The position numbers and the translations under genes were made by a program. Shown in pieces: positions 9,201-17,608 of a stretch of DNA of 64,000 nt. The notes beneath the pieces are model-generated. The model worked only from the letters and a program-made list of their open reading frames with translations, was not told the origin of the DNA and did no database searches. Each line of letters starts with the position of its first letter. Within the stretch, counting starts at the first letter, position 1. The stretch covers positions 62,001-126,000 of the forward strand of contig NIVC01000034.1 of assembly GCA_002269645.1 (NCBI GenBank), written 5' to 3'. Source of the DNA: Macrostomum lignano (lineage: Eukaryota).

Positions 9201-11323
9201 AATCGACTTCTGACTTTAAGGTTGTTGATTGTACGGATTATGTATTACTACTGTAATTTTAAGAATCATATAATGCAAATGTAAGATGCAATAGCCAGAT
9301 ATTTTTTAATTTTCTTGGTACTAGAGTAATTTTTTCACTCTTTCTAGACTGGATAATAACATTCCAATACGAAGCGTATCGTCTAAACACTTAGTTATCT
9401 AAATGTTACAGTTATCTCGGTCAACAAGTCAGGTCAGAAAATTACCATTAAGAGTAGATTCATTAAGTCTACACCGACTTAGTAGTATTTATTGACAAAT
9501 ACGAGCGTAGTTGTACGAGTTCTTTGAAAGAACTTGTTTCAAAATGACTCTAGCTTAACATGTCTTTTCAGAAGTCTTGAATGTAGGAAAGCAAAACAAC
9601 CTGAGGAGAGTTTGTCTCGCAGTTGTCTTCGAATTTTAAGCACACTTGAACCTAAAATATACAAATTCCTCAAGTTTGACACGTAACGTTTTTTTTCCCA
9701 ACACCCCTTTATTAGTGCACTTGCTGCCAAAGAAATCTGATAAATTATTTGAGGGTTGGGGATGTAGTTACGGCCCTAAAAGAATTTTGTTTCTTTGTTT
9801 CTAGCTCCTGCGAACGACGCAATGTTGACTTGGAGACTAAAAAAGCTGGCGTATTCTGGTAATACCGGTTGAGTAATATGATAGAACAATAAATAGTTAT
9901 GAGTGCAACAATAAATTATTCATTAATAACTGCAGCAGTTCTTTGCAAACTTATCATCAATTTTAGTTTGTAATAACTTCGATTCTACGATAAATTACTC
10001 ATTATGATTCCTAAAGAAGCGCTAGTTCGATATTATACTGAATTTAATTAGTAAAAGACTTTTAATAAGTTTTCAATATATTAATTTCTAATTTCTAAAA
10101 TTAATGGCACTAAATTATATTTGCTTGGATCTCTGTTAAATTTTCAGTAGTGCTTCAATTAAGTATTGTGATCGATTCATAACCTAGCAATTTAATAGAA
10201 CGGTTATGTGTTTCAAAAAATGCTGTATTGGTTCAAGTTCCGTTTTGTTAGGTTGAGCTACATATATAGTGTCTCTTAGACTAGTGTATCACTTATCAAA
10301 TCGAACCATTGTTACTCAACCGGCATTGCCTGCTCAGTAAATATCCCCGTTACTGCCTGTACAGCCACAGCAAGACCCTGTGGACATCAAAAAGTAATTT
10401 TGGAAGTAGTGCTATTAGAAAATCTTGGAGTCGGCAAGTTATTGATTTAAGAGATGCCTCGGACTTCAAGGTAAATTTAAATATTAGGAAACACTCAAAT
10501 CCTTATGGAACGATAAAAGAGCATAAAACGAAAATGTTAACTTATTTCTTATTTTATTTTTTAGCTCATTTTCGAAGGTACCATTCCGGCCAACAATCCG
10601 AACGCCCGAATTTGCGTTGACAACATCACGGCTTATCATCGACCGTGTCACCGTGAGTTTTTCAGCGGCTTTTTCCTAAGTATCTTTATAAGATAGTTGA
10701 TTAGGTAATGTAGCAGGTACTGATTTGTACTGATGTAATTGATGTTCTATTTCTTAGAAATCGCCGCCTCAGCCTACGAAGCGTCGATGCGTCGCTGGCT
10801 CGAACCAATGGTATTCATCTTCATTGGCGCCCTCGCCTTCGCCCTGATCATCGCCGTGTCCATCTTTGCCATTCGAGTCAACCGTCGTCGCAGCAAGAAA
10901 TTGTCGCCGGGCAGCAGCGAGGACGGCTCTGCTTCGCCGCAGCGACCGAACCGTCAGCAGCATCACCGACGCCAGCAGGAGGCCATGCTGCTGCACGCTG
11001 AACGTCTCGCCGATGGACCTGCTTCGGGTTCAGCCGCCGTCGGCGCTGTGCCGATCGGCCACGGCCACGGGCCCCGGCGCCCGGCTCCGCCAGTCCCGGC
11101 CGAGCAGCCGAGCCTTGACGAGCTGCTTAGCAACGGACATCGAGCTGCTGCTTCTGCTACCGCTCCGGCCGCCGCTGCTGGTCATAACGATCCGCCGCCT
11201 CGCTACGAGGAAGCCATGGGCCTGGTTGCTTCCGCCGCCGCTGGCAGCAGCTCCGCCTCCGACCAGCTGCCGCCGCCGCATCCGCCTCGACTGAATCGCC
11301 GAAACGGCGGTCACGTGGTTTAA
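1..11323 (+). CDS. MAM-domain single-pass transmembrane receptor with two mutually exclusive exon clusters; 5' end lies outside the window. Model: one A exon + one B exon + 10565..10652 + 10758..11323
   Basis: Joined exons rebuild a MAM fold: CDF..C.W (A5 IDCDFSNQRMCQY), S.WI....CL.F.Y, LW....W..V.L...F, LIFEG...ICVDNIT...C. A hydrophobic helix MVFIFIGALAFALIIAVSIFAI, a basic stop-transfer RVNRRRSKK and a PPPRYEEA motif follow. All junctions are GT-AG with compatible phases (1|A|2|B|0|C1|1|C2). Confidence 0.88.
332..674 (+). CDS. Cluster A alternative exon A1
   Basis: ataag|TT ACC CAC TGC ... VDCSSKLPNVCTWSDGQFNRAANWK...LALLKRTFG|gtatgt; 343 nt (3n+1). Confidence 0.85.
797..1115 (+). CDS. 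Cluster A alternative exon A2
   Basis: ttatag|CC GTC ... IDCSSTSPTFCTWSDSPFNRAANWK...LLKRSYG|gtaagg; 319 nt (3n+1). Confidence 0.85.
1246..1576 (+). CDS. Cluster A alternative exon A3
   Basis: ttatag|TG ACA ... INCSSNSPMLCSWSDYPFNRAANWK...LLKRSFG|gtatgc; 331 nt (3n+1). Confidence 0.85.
1873..2221 (+). CDS. Cluster A alternative exon A4
   Basis: ctatag|CT ACT ... IDCSSSSPMLCAWSDDPYNRAANWK...LLKRSFG|gtagag; 349 nt (3n+1). Confidence 0.85.
2374..2719 (+). CDS. Cluster A alternative exon A5 (divergent, closest to the canonical MAM start)
   Basis: tcacag|AG TCT ... IDCDFSNQRMCQY...MCLGFSLYF...LLKRSRG|gtatgt; 346 nt (3n+1). Confidence 0.85.
3026..3053 (+). promoter_or_regulatory. Cluster B candidate docking site TTTGGCAGCGGGGAAGACTTCAAGGTAC
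   Basis: Single copy between A5 and B1. Its reverse complement GTACCTTGAAGTCTTCCCCGCTGCCAAA matches a motif in the intron before nearly every B exon. Confidence 0.82.
3399..3603 (+). CDS. Cluster B alternative exon B1
   Basis: ag|G TCG TGC: SCMSGSKLENG...HLCKSVTLW...W...DFK|gtaaga; 205 nt; purine-rich acceptor. Confidence 0.75.
3719..3878 (+). CDS. Cluster B alternative exon B2
   Basis: SCISDSELSNGQKVMSHLCKSVELW...W...ETDFK|gt; 160 nt. Confidence 0.82.
4005..4164 (+). CDS. Cluster B alternative exon B3
   Basis: SCSQLKAVRHGDKKLRTSNCDNWELW...NW...DTDFK|gt; 160 nt. Confidence 0.82.
4296..4446 (+). CDS. Cluster B alternative exon B4
   Basis: SCTVASNIKMSGAEKRKSLCESDVLWTSAVSNLASWRIVSVDLQQTTDFK|gt; 151 nt; not in the ORF track. 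Confidence 0.82.
4578..4734 (+). CDS. Cluster B alternative exon B5
   Basis: SCTVKKPKERKFSLHMCRNEDVWTSS...EWRTISVDLKSNTDFK|gt; 157 nt. Confidence 0.82.
4846..5082 (+). CDS. Cluster B alternative module B6, split into 4846..4902 + 4992..5082
   Basis: SCVSTEKKRAGQEVAGHY-TG|gtatga...tttctag|T-ENIKLW...QW...GQDFK|gt; the intron interrupts the second Cys codon. Confidence 0.75.
5190..5349 (+). CDS. Cluster B alternative exon B7
   Basis: SCTQKVRKEMGADFKSVVCDNRVVW...TW...GSDFK|gt; 160 nt. Confidence 0.82.
5502..5678 (+). pseudogene. Cluster B exon B8 with an apparent 1-nt deletion (pseudo-exon or assembly indel)
   Basis: Starts SCSQESRSVHQQSGK like B9 but is 177 nt (3n); LCHNEVVW...GSDFK is in another frame. 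Confidence 0.7.
5824..5998 (+). CDS. Cluster B alternative exon B9
   Basis: SCSQESTRVRQRSGKEIKSLTCHNEVAW...SW...GSDFK|gt; 175 nt. Confidence 0.82.
6120..6281 (+). pseudogene. Cluster B exon B10, frameshifted pseudo-exon
   Basis: LCSTSEDKENDRYTSPHLCKNK, then the first conserved Trp is missing; SWCLYSVSLDLRHRSDFK is in another frame; 162 nt (3n). Confidence 0.7.
6374..6521 (+). CDS. Cluster B alternative exon B11
   Basis: SCTQDHRQNEGLKYNFVTCGNQVVWSAAQPSVAQWQYAQVALQHSQDFK|gt; 148 nt. Confidence 0.82.
6620..6776 (+). CDS. Cluster B alternative exon B12
   Basis: SCLQSDQVQSDGLFTSVTCNNKKLW...GWSIVNVDLTSRRDFK|gt; 157 nt. Confidence 0.82.
6895..7063 (+). CDS. Cluster B alternative exon B13
   Basis: SCSTLEDRENGRFISAHTCKNERIW...RW...NSDFK|gt; 169 nt. 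Confidence 0.82.
7160..7310 (+). pseudogene. Cluster B exon B14 with an in-frame stop
   Basis: SCTQDQRETMGQ*YNFTTCGNQVIW...NDFK; TAG at 7197-7199 where paralog B11 has AAG; 151 nt. Confidence 0.72.
7454..7622 (+). CDS. Cluster B alternative exon B15
   Basis: SCQQSDRVKSDGVFTSVLCDNKKLW...GWSVVNVDLSSRGDFK|gt; 169 nt. Confidence 0.82.
7739..7913 (+). CDS. Cluster B alternative exon B16
   Basis: SCKQANEIERNEIFTSILCKNKQLW...NW...DSDFK|gt; 175 nt. Confidence 0.82.
8205..8355 (+). CDS. Cluster B alternative exon B17
   Basis: SCSQSDVNDSGRTRTAMLCHSDKLW...RW...GNDFK|gt; 151 nt. Confidence 0.82.
8659..8842 (+). CDS. Cluster B alternative exon B18
   Basis: SCHQTERSESGQVKTSVTCDNVKIW...VW...SVDFK|gt; 184 nt. 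Confidence 0.82.
9067..9220 (+). CDS. Cluster B alternative exon B19
   Basis: SCRTVEAKQFGGSGVFCQNSPLW...KW...TSDFK|gt; 154 nt. Confidence 0.82.
9805..10470 (+). CDS. Cluster B alternative module B20, split into 9805..9858 + 10365..10470
   Basis: SCERRNVDLETKKAGVF-TG|gtaata...gtacag|C-HSKTLW...SW...ASDFK|gt; intron in the same Cys codon as in B6. Confidence 0.78.
10565..10652 (+). CDS. Constant exon, MAM C-terminus
   Basis: ttag|LIFEGTIPANNPNARICVDNITAYHRPCH-C|gtgagt; phase 0 to 1; single copy. Confidence 0.85.
10758..11323 (+). CDS. Constant terminal exon: transmembrane helix and Pro/Ala-rich tail with PPxY
   Basis: cttag|AA ATC; 22-residue hydrophobic stretch, RRRSKK, PPPRYEEA, stop TAA at 11321-11323. 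Confidence 0.85.
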
Positions 11324-13797
11324 TTTAAAGAGTCAGTCAAGTTTTGAATTAGAAACAGAAAAAACGAGAATTAACGTAAAATGCTATGAATACTACTGCT
11401 GCCCGACAACAACTGAAGTGTATAACTATAAATAAGAATTTGAAATATCGTAAATGTAATTTTGAATATTAAATTAGTACACTTTTGAACAATTCAATTT
11501 TAATAGTTCATTTAGAATGCACTTTGTTTTTTGTCGGGTGAGCAGTGCACTAAGAGTGGTAATAAATGAAACAACAATATTTTGTTAAAAATTTCTGGCA
11601 ATAAAGTTCTGTTTCTTTCTGTTTTAACACTAAATGATTCGAAGGTTTTTTAGTAACCGAAGCAAATGCGGAACATTATTCAGTAGTTCATGGATCAACG
11701 GTTTTGTTTGATAAGTTAATTTTTGTTTTACAAAAGTTTGTTTTGTGTTTTTATTCGCCTATACTCTGTTGAATACACTAGTCGATCGTGTTTTCTATCA
11801 TTTTAGATTTAGAAGTTTACCCGTTCGTTTTTGTAGTTGTGTAATTTTTTGTTTCGTTGTTTTAACTCATCAAATTGTAAACAAATCAGATGTTTGTCAA
11901 CTCGTTTTCAATTTCCCCTCGGCAGTCATTTGTTTTAATTTTGAATATTTCTTTTTTTGTTTTTTTATCTGCATGCCAACTTTAACACTGATTTTCTTTA
12001 GAATTTAGTTCATTTTTGTTGTTTATCGTATATGTTTTTCTTCAAAATTCAATTGCACTGCACAGTAAGAATGATATTGTTGACCGTTTTTGTCTGAAAA
12101 TATTTATTGCAATACCTTTATTATATCAGAAAATTTCAGTTGATTTTCGGTTGTGCACAACTAGCTAGTATTTCTTCAGTCAAATTAGATTCTTAGATCC
12201 TCTAGTCAAACTGGCTGTTTACCCTTTTTTGTATTTTTGTCTCTGTTTTGTACTGTATAACAGTAAATAATATGCACTCCTCATAATATATTAATAACTC
12301 CATTGCGTTCACCAATACGTTTTTAGTAACCTGATTCAACAAGAATTGATTCAGCAAATCTGCTTCGAGCGCTCTGTCGACAGTAGAAATTTTCGTTTTT
12401 TTTGTAGTTTCCCTTATTCGTGAAATTAAATACATTTTATGTAGTTTGTTGTTTTGTCATGAAATTATTGTCGCTGTAAAGTTGATAAGTGGCTTAAAAG
12501 TATTTATAAATTTTATTGTGTCTCAGTATACAAAATTGCTAAAACATATGCTGTTAATACTGCTTCAGTATATATTTGTGATTTTTAGCAGTTTAATCTA
12601 CCTTACTCTAGAAATTAATTTTTCTTATTATTGCAATATTGTGTTTTATATTTTTTAAAACTTTTTGCGATTTATATTGTGTTATTATCGATATGCATAT
12701 TTTTGCTAATATACTCTAATCTACTAGCATATTTGTCGAGCGTCTACTAAAACTTTTGTTGGCAAATTTCAATTGTATATTTTTATCCTGGTGTTTGATT
12801 AACCTGAAATTCGTGTCTATTCTCCTATATCTAAATATAATACAATAAATCTCTAATCCACTATACTAAATATTTATGAATAGTTTTATTTAGATATTCG
12901 CTATTCATAGTTACTTTAAAAGGAATTTGTTACTCTATATTATACTATAAAAATTTCATGATATCCAAAAAAACAATTAAGCTTTGCTCGCTTGGCTTAT
13001 CCAATCAGTTAACAATTAGTCGATCCTATTCATTTATAAAGTCTGTCAATTTAAAAATCACATCATTTTGTCAAACTCGTTTCTTTTGTCTGTAAAAAAA
13101 CTTTTTTTGTAAAAAAGTTGCCACATTTAACCAAAAAATTCGATACTTAAGGTATTGCAAAAGCGATTTATGTTTGTTATTTCTTCCTTCGAAACTTCTT
13201 TCTGTCTATCAGCAATTGCGAATTTTAAACCCTTAAAATTTATAACTGTTACTAACTGTTACTGACTGCGCAATAATTTTTAATGTTAGGGTCGTAATCT
13301 TTGAACGAAAAACTATTCAATAAGACAAATATATGCCCTGATCGTTATATCATTTTTCTTCTCAAATAGTGATTTTTCGATTTTCATAATTTTATAATTG
13401 TTTCTATTAGTTTTTCAGTAAAGTTCTTAGAAATATAAGTACTAAGACAAGAGATGATTATTAACATACTGGTTATGGACCGAAATAGCCATCTCTCATG
13501 CTTAAAGTTCCCTGTTTAGATTACGCGCTTAGCTATAAGGAGCCAACCCCTTGTGGGCACGTGTTATCGTCAAGTTACCATGCTATGCGACCCCTCGCGA
13601 GCTAGTACATAAATAGTTCATAGTTCAGTAAATAACTAATTCATTAATTTCTACTAATATAATTCAATAATTCATACTAATTCAAAAAACTAATTCAAAT
13701 AAAAAATTCATAGTTCAGTTGTAGAATTTTTTAATATGAGCTTACTAAATACTTCAAAAATATTGCATTTATTCCAGTAAAACGTAAGCACGTAAGC

Positions 13798-16717
13798 ATG
13801 TCTGCCGAAACAGCGGGAGGCTCCAGCGGCGGTGGCAGCAACAATCTGACCGAATACTTGAAGCGCTACACTGAACCTCTGCCAAAGAAAAAGAAACGCC
13901 GCGTCGATAAGGGCGGTGTTAGCAGCGACGATGGTAGTAAAAAACGTGTTAAAAGACGCGACAAGCGATTAAAACCTGTTATCATAGGTGAAGACTTCGA
14001 AGATGAAGTCGATGAAGAAGAGGAGGCTGCAATAGCTCTGGCCAAGCAGCAGTTGGCTGAATCGGCTGCCGGACGTAAGAAATTATTCAAATCCTCCTTT
14101 CAGACTGTTGCTGGTCCAGACGATGATAATGATTCGGAGTCAAGCGGTTGGCAGATACCCAACAGTAATCTTTCTCTACCACGCAAAGGAAACCGAAAAA
14201 ATGGTAGTCAGTTTTCGCAGCACGGACAGCAAAAACCCGATAGCGACTTGTCGTCACCACGTCGAGGGCAAGGGTCACAAGATTCTGACTTGTCACCACC
14301 GCGCCCGGCACAAGGATCAAAAGATAACGACTTGTCGCCATCACGGCGAACACAAAGACGTCGAGATGATGACTTGTCTCCACCACGTCGAAGGCAAAGA
14401 CCTAGAGACACAGACTTGTCGCCACCACGCCGAGGACAAGGACCTCGAGATGATGACTTGTCGCCTCCTCGCCGTAGCCAAAAACCTCAAGATAATGACT
14501 TATCGCCACCTCGTCGAGGTAGACCTCAAGATGACGACTTATCGCCACCAAGACGAGGACAAAAACGTCAAGATAACGATTTATCGCCACCAAGACGAGG
14601 ACAAAGGCGTCAAGATGACGATTTATCGCCCCCAAGACGAGGACAAAGGCGTCAAGATGACGACTTGTCCCCACCTCGTCAAGGTAGACCTCAAGATGAC
14701 GACTTGTCTCCACCAAGACGAGGACAAAGGCGTCAAGATGACGACTTGTCCCCACCTCGTCAAGGTAGACCTCAAGATGACGACTTGTCTCCACCAAGAC
14801 GAGGACAAAGGCGTCAAGATGACGACTTGTCCCCACCTCGTCAAGGTAGACCTCAAGATGACGACTTGTCTCCACCAAGACGAGGACAAAGGCGTCAAAA
14901 TGACGATTTATCGCCACCAAGACGAGGACAAAGACCTCAAGCTAACGAATTGTCGCCACCGCGAAGGCGACCACAGCAGGACGCTGATTCTTCGCCGACC
15001 CGACGTGGAGACCCAGGTCCCAACCAAGCAAAAGGCGCTTTCGACGAAGACAGCGGTAGCGACGCCGAAGCGAACGCTCTATCGGCTCAGGTGCGCCGAC
15101 GGGCTAAACTGACGCACCCGAGCGAGGTGATGCTGGATGAAGATGACGATGAAAAGTTGGGCAGGTGAGTTATCTTGGTCTCTTAAAATACTTATTTAGC
15201 ATGGATTTTTGGGCATAAGCTCATGGCTTTCAGGGGATCTTTAATACTCGTAGCGCATAAATTGGTTTCAAAGTAAAAAACTGAGGTAAACAAACTATCA
15301 GATTAGTGTGGTAAAACGCCACCAGTACACAGTTGCTACCTATAGCCGTAATGAGGCTTCGATGGATTTTTAGTTCATCCTACAGATCTTAAAAGACTGG
15401 ATTACCCATGCTACTCAAAGTAAGGGTGACCCAGCAACTGAGGATTTGGGAGTCTGGCCCAGCAACTGACACTCTGGGAGGCTGGCCCAGCAACTGACAC
15501 TCTGGGAGGCTGGCCCAGCAACTGAGGATTTGGGAGGCTGGCCCAGCAACTGAGGATTTTGGAGGCTGGCCCAGCAACTGACACTCTGGGAGGCTGGCCC
15601 AGCAACTGACACTCTGGGAGGCTGGCCCAGCAACTGACACTCTGGGAGGCTGGCCCAGCAACTGAGGATTTGGGAGGCTGGCCCAGCAACTGAGGATTTT
15701 GGAGGCTGACCATGTTCCTAAGAAATATTTTTCAGTTATAGTGAGTTCAAATTCCTATCAGATTTGCCATAGAAAGGAGGTTGTCAGGAATGAAATTTCA
15801 AAGTTTGCTGGACTACGTACCAAAATTTATGTTTATATAACAAATCCAAAACATTTATTGTACCTTATTAAAGATATCCAGTAAATAGAATTGTCTAGCG
15901 GAAGCCATAGAACTCGTAGCCAACATTGGTTAGCAAAGGCTGTAGTGGTGGCCTTTCTCATTGTCCTTATCAATTAGTTATGCTTTTTATCAGTAGAAAT
16001 GTTTAGCTACAATAATTGCTGAATACTCCTAGCTATAGAAAATGAGCCAATCCGTAACGCCCCACTAGATACGCTACGGCAATTCGTCGCAAGAAGCAGC
16101 CGGATCCCAGAAAGTCAAAAAAGGCCGCCGAGAAGCCAGAACCAACGCCCGAAGAGTTGGCCAAAGCTGAGGAATTAAAAGCCCAATACGCTCGCTGGGG
16201 CTCCGGCTTGGCCCAGGCTGCGGAACGCGAGCAGCGCGCTGTCGAAGCTCAAATTGAGTCGGCTAAGCCTCTAGCTCGAAGTCGCGATGATGCCGATTTA
16301 GACTCGATGCTGCGAGGCCAACTCCGGGTCGACGATCCCATGGCGGAGTTTCTGCGCGACTCGGAGCGTCGCCGAGCCGAGAAGGCGGCTAAGAAAGCGG
16401 CTAAGAAAGCTTTGAAAAAGAAAAATAAGAAAGAAAAAGAGCGAAAGAAGATCAAACGGGAGCCAGGTGAGAAACTCGGCAGGTTAAGTCGATCGGCTTC
16501 GTCCGCATCGCCGTCGCCGTCGCCGCCCCCGCCGCCCAAGCAGCGGCCTCGCTACGACGGCCCGCCCGGGCCGCCCAATCGATTTGGCATCGAGCCCGGC
16601 TACCGCTGGGACGGCGTCGATCGGAGCACCGGCTTTGAGAAGCGCTACTTTGAATCGATTAATCAGCGTAAAGCGCTTAGCCAGGAAGCTTATAAATGGT
16701 CAACTGAAGATATGTAG
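13798..16717 (+). CDS. BUD13: BUD13/CWC26 RES-complex splicing factor, join(13798..15164,16069..16717)
   Basis: N-terminal EYLKRY, about 19 DxDLSPPRR repeats, C-terminal ARYARWGSG-like segment, KPLARSRDDADLD, DDPM and PPNRFGIEPGYRWDGVDRSTGFEKRYF; phase-2 GT-AG intron. Confidence 0.92.
15330..15880. mobile_element. Dispersed repeat carrying a 28-bp minisatellite (ggcccagcaactgacactctgggaggct), copy 1, in the BUD13 intron
   Basis: Array at about 15420-15710; both flanks (cttaaaagactggatt...ctactcaaagt; aaatatttttcagtta...) recur around the copy near 17 kb. Confidence 0.6.
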
Positions 16718-16939
16718 AGCTTGTTAATAATATAAATAAGAAGTGAGGCGCATTTACTGTGTTTTTTCAATAACTAATTATGTGTGCATGTTTCTAACAT
16801 TATCATGGCTAACATATTCAGTAAACTGTACTAAGCCAATTACGTGCAGCAGTTAATCTACATTTTTTGTCTGTTGGCTTGACTTTTCTTAATTTTCGTT
16901 TTTATATAACGTTAAAATAGACTTGTTTAGTACTAGAGT

Positions 16940-17540
16940 TGCTACCTGACTGTACTTAGGCTTTGCTGGATTTTAAGTTCATTCTACACATCTTAAAAGA
17001 CTGGATTGGCCCATCCGCTACCCATGCTACTCAAAGTGAGGGGTGGCCCAGCAACTGATGCCTTGGAAGGTTGGCCCAGCAACTGACACTCAGGGAGGCT
17101 GGCCCAGCAACTGACACTCTGGGAGGCTGGTCAGGCAACTGACACTCTGGGAGGCTGGCCCAGCAACTGAGACTCTGGGAGGCTGGCCCAGCAGCTGACA
17201 CTCTGGGAGGCTGGTCAGGCAACTGACACTCTGGGAGGCTGGCCCAGCAACTGAGCATCTGGGAGGCTGACCCAGAAACTGAGGATCTGGGAGGCTGGCC
17301 CAGCAACTGTTGATTTTGGCGGCTGGCCCTGTTCCTAGGTTTCTGGTTCTGTTCCTCAGGGACTACTTAAACTAGTTTTTGTTGAGTTGTTGCTTTGAAA
17401 TATTTTTCAGTTATTTTGAGAGCAAAATCCTGTCAAATTATGTTATAGGAAGAAGCTTGAAACCAATAAAATTGTCAAATTTTGCTTGACTCTAAGTAAC
17501 AAAAATTATATTTACTTAAAAATTCCTAAACGTTTGAAGG
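16940..17540. mobile_element. Dispersed repeat carrying the 28-bp minisatellite, copy 2
   Basis: Same unit at about 17045-17330 with homologous flanks. Confidence 0.6.
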
Positions 17541-17608
17541 ATCTAATAAAAGTAAAAAACTAACTAAAGAAACGTGAGTATTTGGTGCTTAGTCTCAATT
17601 GTGCAGCT

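Larger units (their letters stand above)
3316..9731 (+). promoter_or_regulatory. Cluster B candidate selector sequences complementary to the 3026-3053 docking site
   Basis: Examples: 3926-3938 gtctttcccgctg; 4758-4775 agtcttccctctgccaaa; 5099-5113 ttgaagtcttctccg; 5735-5752 accttgaagtctttcctg; 6539-6549 cttccccgctg; 6814-6826 ttgaagtcttccc; 7356-7367 cttccccgctgc; 7656-7673 tgcaaagtaccttgaagt; 9720-9731 cttgctgccaaa. Confidence 0.8.

Noticed and set aside
3399-9220. Regularly spaced GAYTTYAAGGT motif resembling a CRISPR-like repeat array
   Set aside because: It is the coding DFK end plus the splice donor of each paralogous exon, in a eukaryotic gene
1-10470. Reading the A and B arrays as one long protein with many tandem MAM domains, or as many small separate genes
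   Set aside because: Exon phases make A-A and B-B joins frameshifting, the order is not (AB)n, and the small ORFs lack starts and signal peptides and end at shared GT donors
14087-15112. Long alternative-frame and antisense ORFs over the BUD13 repeat region
   Set aside because: By-products of the repetitive DLSPPRR coding sequence
13798-16717. Functional link between the splicing factor BUD13 and the neighbouring alternatively spliced gene
   Set aside because: Adjacency alone is no evidence in a eukaryotic genome
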